64,000 nt of DNA. It comes from Myxococcales bacterium. GTDB lineage: Bacteria > Myxococcota_A > Polyangia > Polyangiales > DASUME01. Under the pieces are notes generated by a model. It ran no database searches, had not been told where the DNA came from, and worked only from the letters and a program-made list of their open reading frames with translations. The number at the start of each line of letters is the position of its first letter. Positions within the stretch are counted from its first letter, which is position 1. Both the position numbers and the translations under genes were made by a program. This document shows, in pieces, positions 61,711-64,000 of the stretch. The stretch is taken from contig JASGJH010000001.1 of assembly GCA_047601445.1 (NCBI GenBank), positions 352,001 through 416,000 on the forward strand. The letters run 5' to 3'.

Positions 61711-63783
61711 ATGGCCCGCGCCCTCTGTCGTCAGAGTCTCGAATCATCGCTCGTGCGCTCGACAGCGCGCTTCGACAGCGCTCGCGCGCTTGGATTCGCC
61801 CGTTGGTTGCTGCTGGTGCTCGTTCTCGCACCGGCCTTTGTCCTGGCCACTGGCCGCGCTTCTACGGCGCACGCTCAGGAGCTCACCAAAGGAGGCTTCA
61901 ACCTGAGATTGTTCCGCCCTGCGGTGGACTCCAAGGGCCTCGCCTCGGTGAACGGCACCGATATCCTCGGCCACAAGAGCTACAGCTTCGGCCTGATCGT
62001 CGACGGTGCGTTCCACCTGGTGCCCTATCAGGGGTACGAGAACGACAAGAAGACGCTGGCCACCAAGGCCGATCGCACGCACTTCCTGGTCGACCAGTAC
62101 TTCACTGGCGTTCTGCACTTCAACTACGGCTTGTTCAACCGCGTGGTGGTCGGCGCCCAGCTGCCCATCATCATCGCGTCCGGCCAGAACGTGCAGGCGC
62201 CCGACCAGTACAACGTGGCCGCTTCGGGTGGCCTCGGGTACCAGGGCATCGGCAACCTGGTGCTGCACGCCAAGTGGCGCATCCTGCGCATGGAGTCGGC
62301 CCCGGTTGGCCTGGCGGCCATCATGCAGGTCGGCATGCCCACGGGTAGCCCGGAGTCCTTCGCCGGCGATCCCGGCTGGATGTTCTGGCCCGAGTTGGTG
62401 CTCGGCTATCGCCCCCACCGCATCCTGCGCTTGAACGCGGAAGCTGGCTACCGTGCGGTCACCGGCACCGGTGCCACCATCAACTTCAACCGCCGCACCG
62501 TGCCAACCGGCGAGGCCCTGGTCGGCATGCCCAACGCCACCAATGCGGTGGTGACCGAGAACGGCACGCCCGTCACCTACAACAGCCACTTCACCTACGG
62601 CGCTGGTCTCGCTCTACGCGTGTCCCCCGCCGTCGACGTGATCTTCGAGGGTTACGGCAACTCCATCGTGGCTTCGCCCAAGTCCACGGCCACCGAGCTG
62701 CTGGCGGGCCTGAAGATCTTCGTTCAGGAGAACAGCTACCTGATGTTGGCGGGCGCCTGCGGCAATGCTTGCATGCCCCTCGACGGCTTCGACCAGCCTG
62801 ATTATCGCTTCGTGCTCGGCTTCATCTTCGAGCCCTCCATCGGAGACCGCGATGGCGACGGCTACAAGGACGACGTCGATCACTGCCCCGACGATCCCGA
62901 AGACTTCGATGACTTCGAGGACAAGGAAGGCTGCCCCGATCCCGACAACGATCAGGATGGCATCCTCGACGTCGACGACGAGTGCCCGTTGGTCCCCGAG
63001 GACCACGACGGCGACGCGGACTACGACGGCTGCCCCGAGGGCGACGACGCGGACCGCGATGGCGATGGCATCCTCGACAGCGTGGACCAGTGCCCCGACG
63101 ACCCGGAGGACCTCGATGGCTTCCAGGACGAAGACGGCTGCCCGGATCCGGACAACGACAAGGACGGCATCCTCGACGTGGATGACCTGTGCCCGAACGA
63201 TCCCGAGGACAAGGACGGCTTCAAGGACAAGGACGGCTGCCCGGATCCGGACAACGATCAGGACCGCATCCTCGACGTGAACGACTCCTGCCCGAACGAC
63301 CCCGAGACCTACAACGGCTTCGAGGACAAGGACGGCTGCCCGGACCGCGGCTCGGTCATCATCGAAGAGAACCAGATCGTGATTCTGGAGAAGATCTACT
63401 TCGAGACCGACAGCGCCGAGATCCAGCACCGCAGCTATCCCATCATCGATGCGGTGGCGGCCACCCTCATCGGCAACCCGCAGATCTCGCTCATCGAGAT
63501 CCAGGGCCACGCCGACGAGCGCTCGAGCGACGAGTACAACGTACGCCTCACCCGCGACCGTGCGGCGGCTGTGCTCGAAGCCCTGAACCAGCGTGGCGTC
63601 GACCGCCGTCGTATGCGCAGCGCGGGCTACGGTGAGCGCTGCCCGATCGACCCCTCGCACAACGAACCGGCCTGGGAGAAGAACCGCCGCGTGGAGTTCA
63701 AGATCCTCGAGACCGAGGAAGGACCCACGGGCGTGGAAGTGGTCTGCCCGGCTGGCCGCGACTTGATGCCCAAGAGCAAGTGA
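61711..63783 (+). CDS. OmpA-family outer-membrane protein with beta-barrel and thrombospondin type-3 repeats (TraB-like architecture)
   Basis: Signal peptide ending AHA-Q; amphipathic beta strands; DxDGDG..D.CP repeats; IYFETDS, IQGHAD, NRRVEF OmpA-C motifs. Confidence 0.9.
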   Translation: MARALCRQSLESSLVRSTARFDSARALGFARWLLLVLVLAPAFVLATGRASTAHAQELTKGGFNLRLFRPAVDSKGLASVNGTDILGHKSYSFGLIVDGAFHLVPYQGYENDKKTLATKADRTHFLVDQYFTGVLHFNYGLFNRVVVGAQLPIIIASGQNVQAPDQYNVAASGGLGYQGIGNLVLHAKWRILRMESAPVGLAAIMQVGMPTGSPESFAGDPGWMFWPELVLGYRPHRILRLNAEAGYRAVTGTGATINFNRRTVPTGEALVGMPNATNAVVTENGTPVTYNSHFTYGAGLALRVSPAVDVIFEGYGNSIVASPKSTATELLAGLKIFVQENSYLMLAGACGNACMPLDGFDQPDYRFVLGFIFEPSIGDRDGDGYKDDVDHCPDDPEDFDDFEDKEGCPDPDNDQDGILDVDDECPLVPEDHDGDADYDGCPEGDDADRDGDGILDSVDQCPDDPEDLDGFQDEDGCPDPDNDKDGILDVDDLCPNDPEDKDGFKDKDGCPDPDNDQDRILDVNDSCPNDPETYNGFEDKDGCPDRGSVIIEENQIVILEKIYFETDSAEIQHRSYPIIDAVAATLIGNPQISLIEIQGHADERSSDEYNVRLTRDRAAAVLEALNQRGVDRRRMRSAGYGERCPIDPSHNEPAWEKNRRVEFKILETEEGPTGVEVVCPAGRDLMPKSK
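62845..63345 (+). repeat. Intragenic tandem TSP3-type repeats (about five units of about 33 aa)
   Basis: Recurring GACGGCTGCCCGGATCCGGACAACGA and ATCCTCGACGT blocks. Confidence 0.8.
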
Positions 63784-63820
63784 GGGGTGGGCCTCCGGGG
63801 CCCCTCGCACGCACCCTAGA

Positions 63821-63866
63821 GACCCGCGTTCTGCCCGCCTGCCGGGGCCGGAATGCGGGTTTCTTC
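63821..63866 (+). terminator. Putative terminator after the OmpA-family gene
   Basis: GACCCGCGTTC...GAATGCGGGTT stem followed by TCTTC. Confidence 0.45.
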
Positions 63867-64000
63867 GTGCCGGGCGGGGCGGTTGGTACCCTCGGTGATC
63901 CATGCTTCGTTCGGCACTTTTGGCGCTGCTTCTGTGTTGCCTGGCGGTACCTGCTCAGGCCTGGACTCGGGCCCACGTGCGCGAGGTGGACGTGGCGATT

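Overview
High-GC chromosomal segment that looks myxobacterial (Myxococcota, probably Polyangiales-like). This is inferred from the dprA-topA-trmFO-xerC-hslVU-argBDF synteny, Ser/Thr kinases, FHA/TPR proteins, GD-repeat lipoproteins and a TSP3-repeat OmpA. The window holds about 47 CDS, one tRNA-Leu(TAA) and a pan-type leader RNA; no mobile element, prophage or CRISPR array was seen. Main observations: (1) an apparent ECF sigma-like domain fused to a membrane Ser/Thr kinase, hidden by a frameshift; (2) a J-domain/DnaK-paralog/third-gene module whose two flanking proteins share an 'LSRIDG' domain; (3) a double-bulged-A hairpin over the panD ribosome-binding site; (4) five +1 frameshifts, all at or beside GATC, probably methylation-linked basecalling errors; (5) a lipoprotein with five CX11C modules; (6) a membrane-anchored YraN-like nuclease divergent from dprA; (7) several pseudo-enzymes, an unlisted 57-aa Cys protein and leaderless-type promoters. 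All calls come from reading motifs by eye; no database searches were run.
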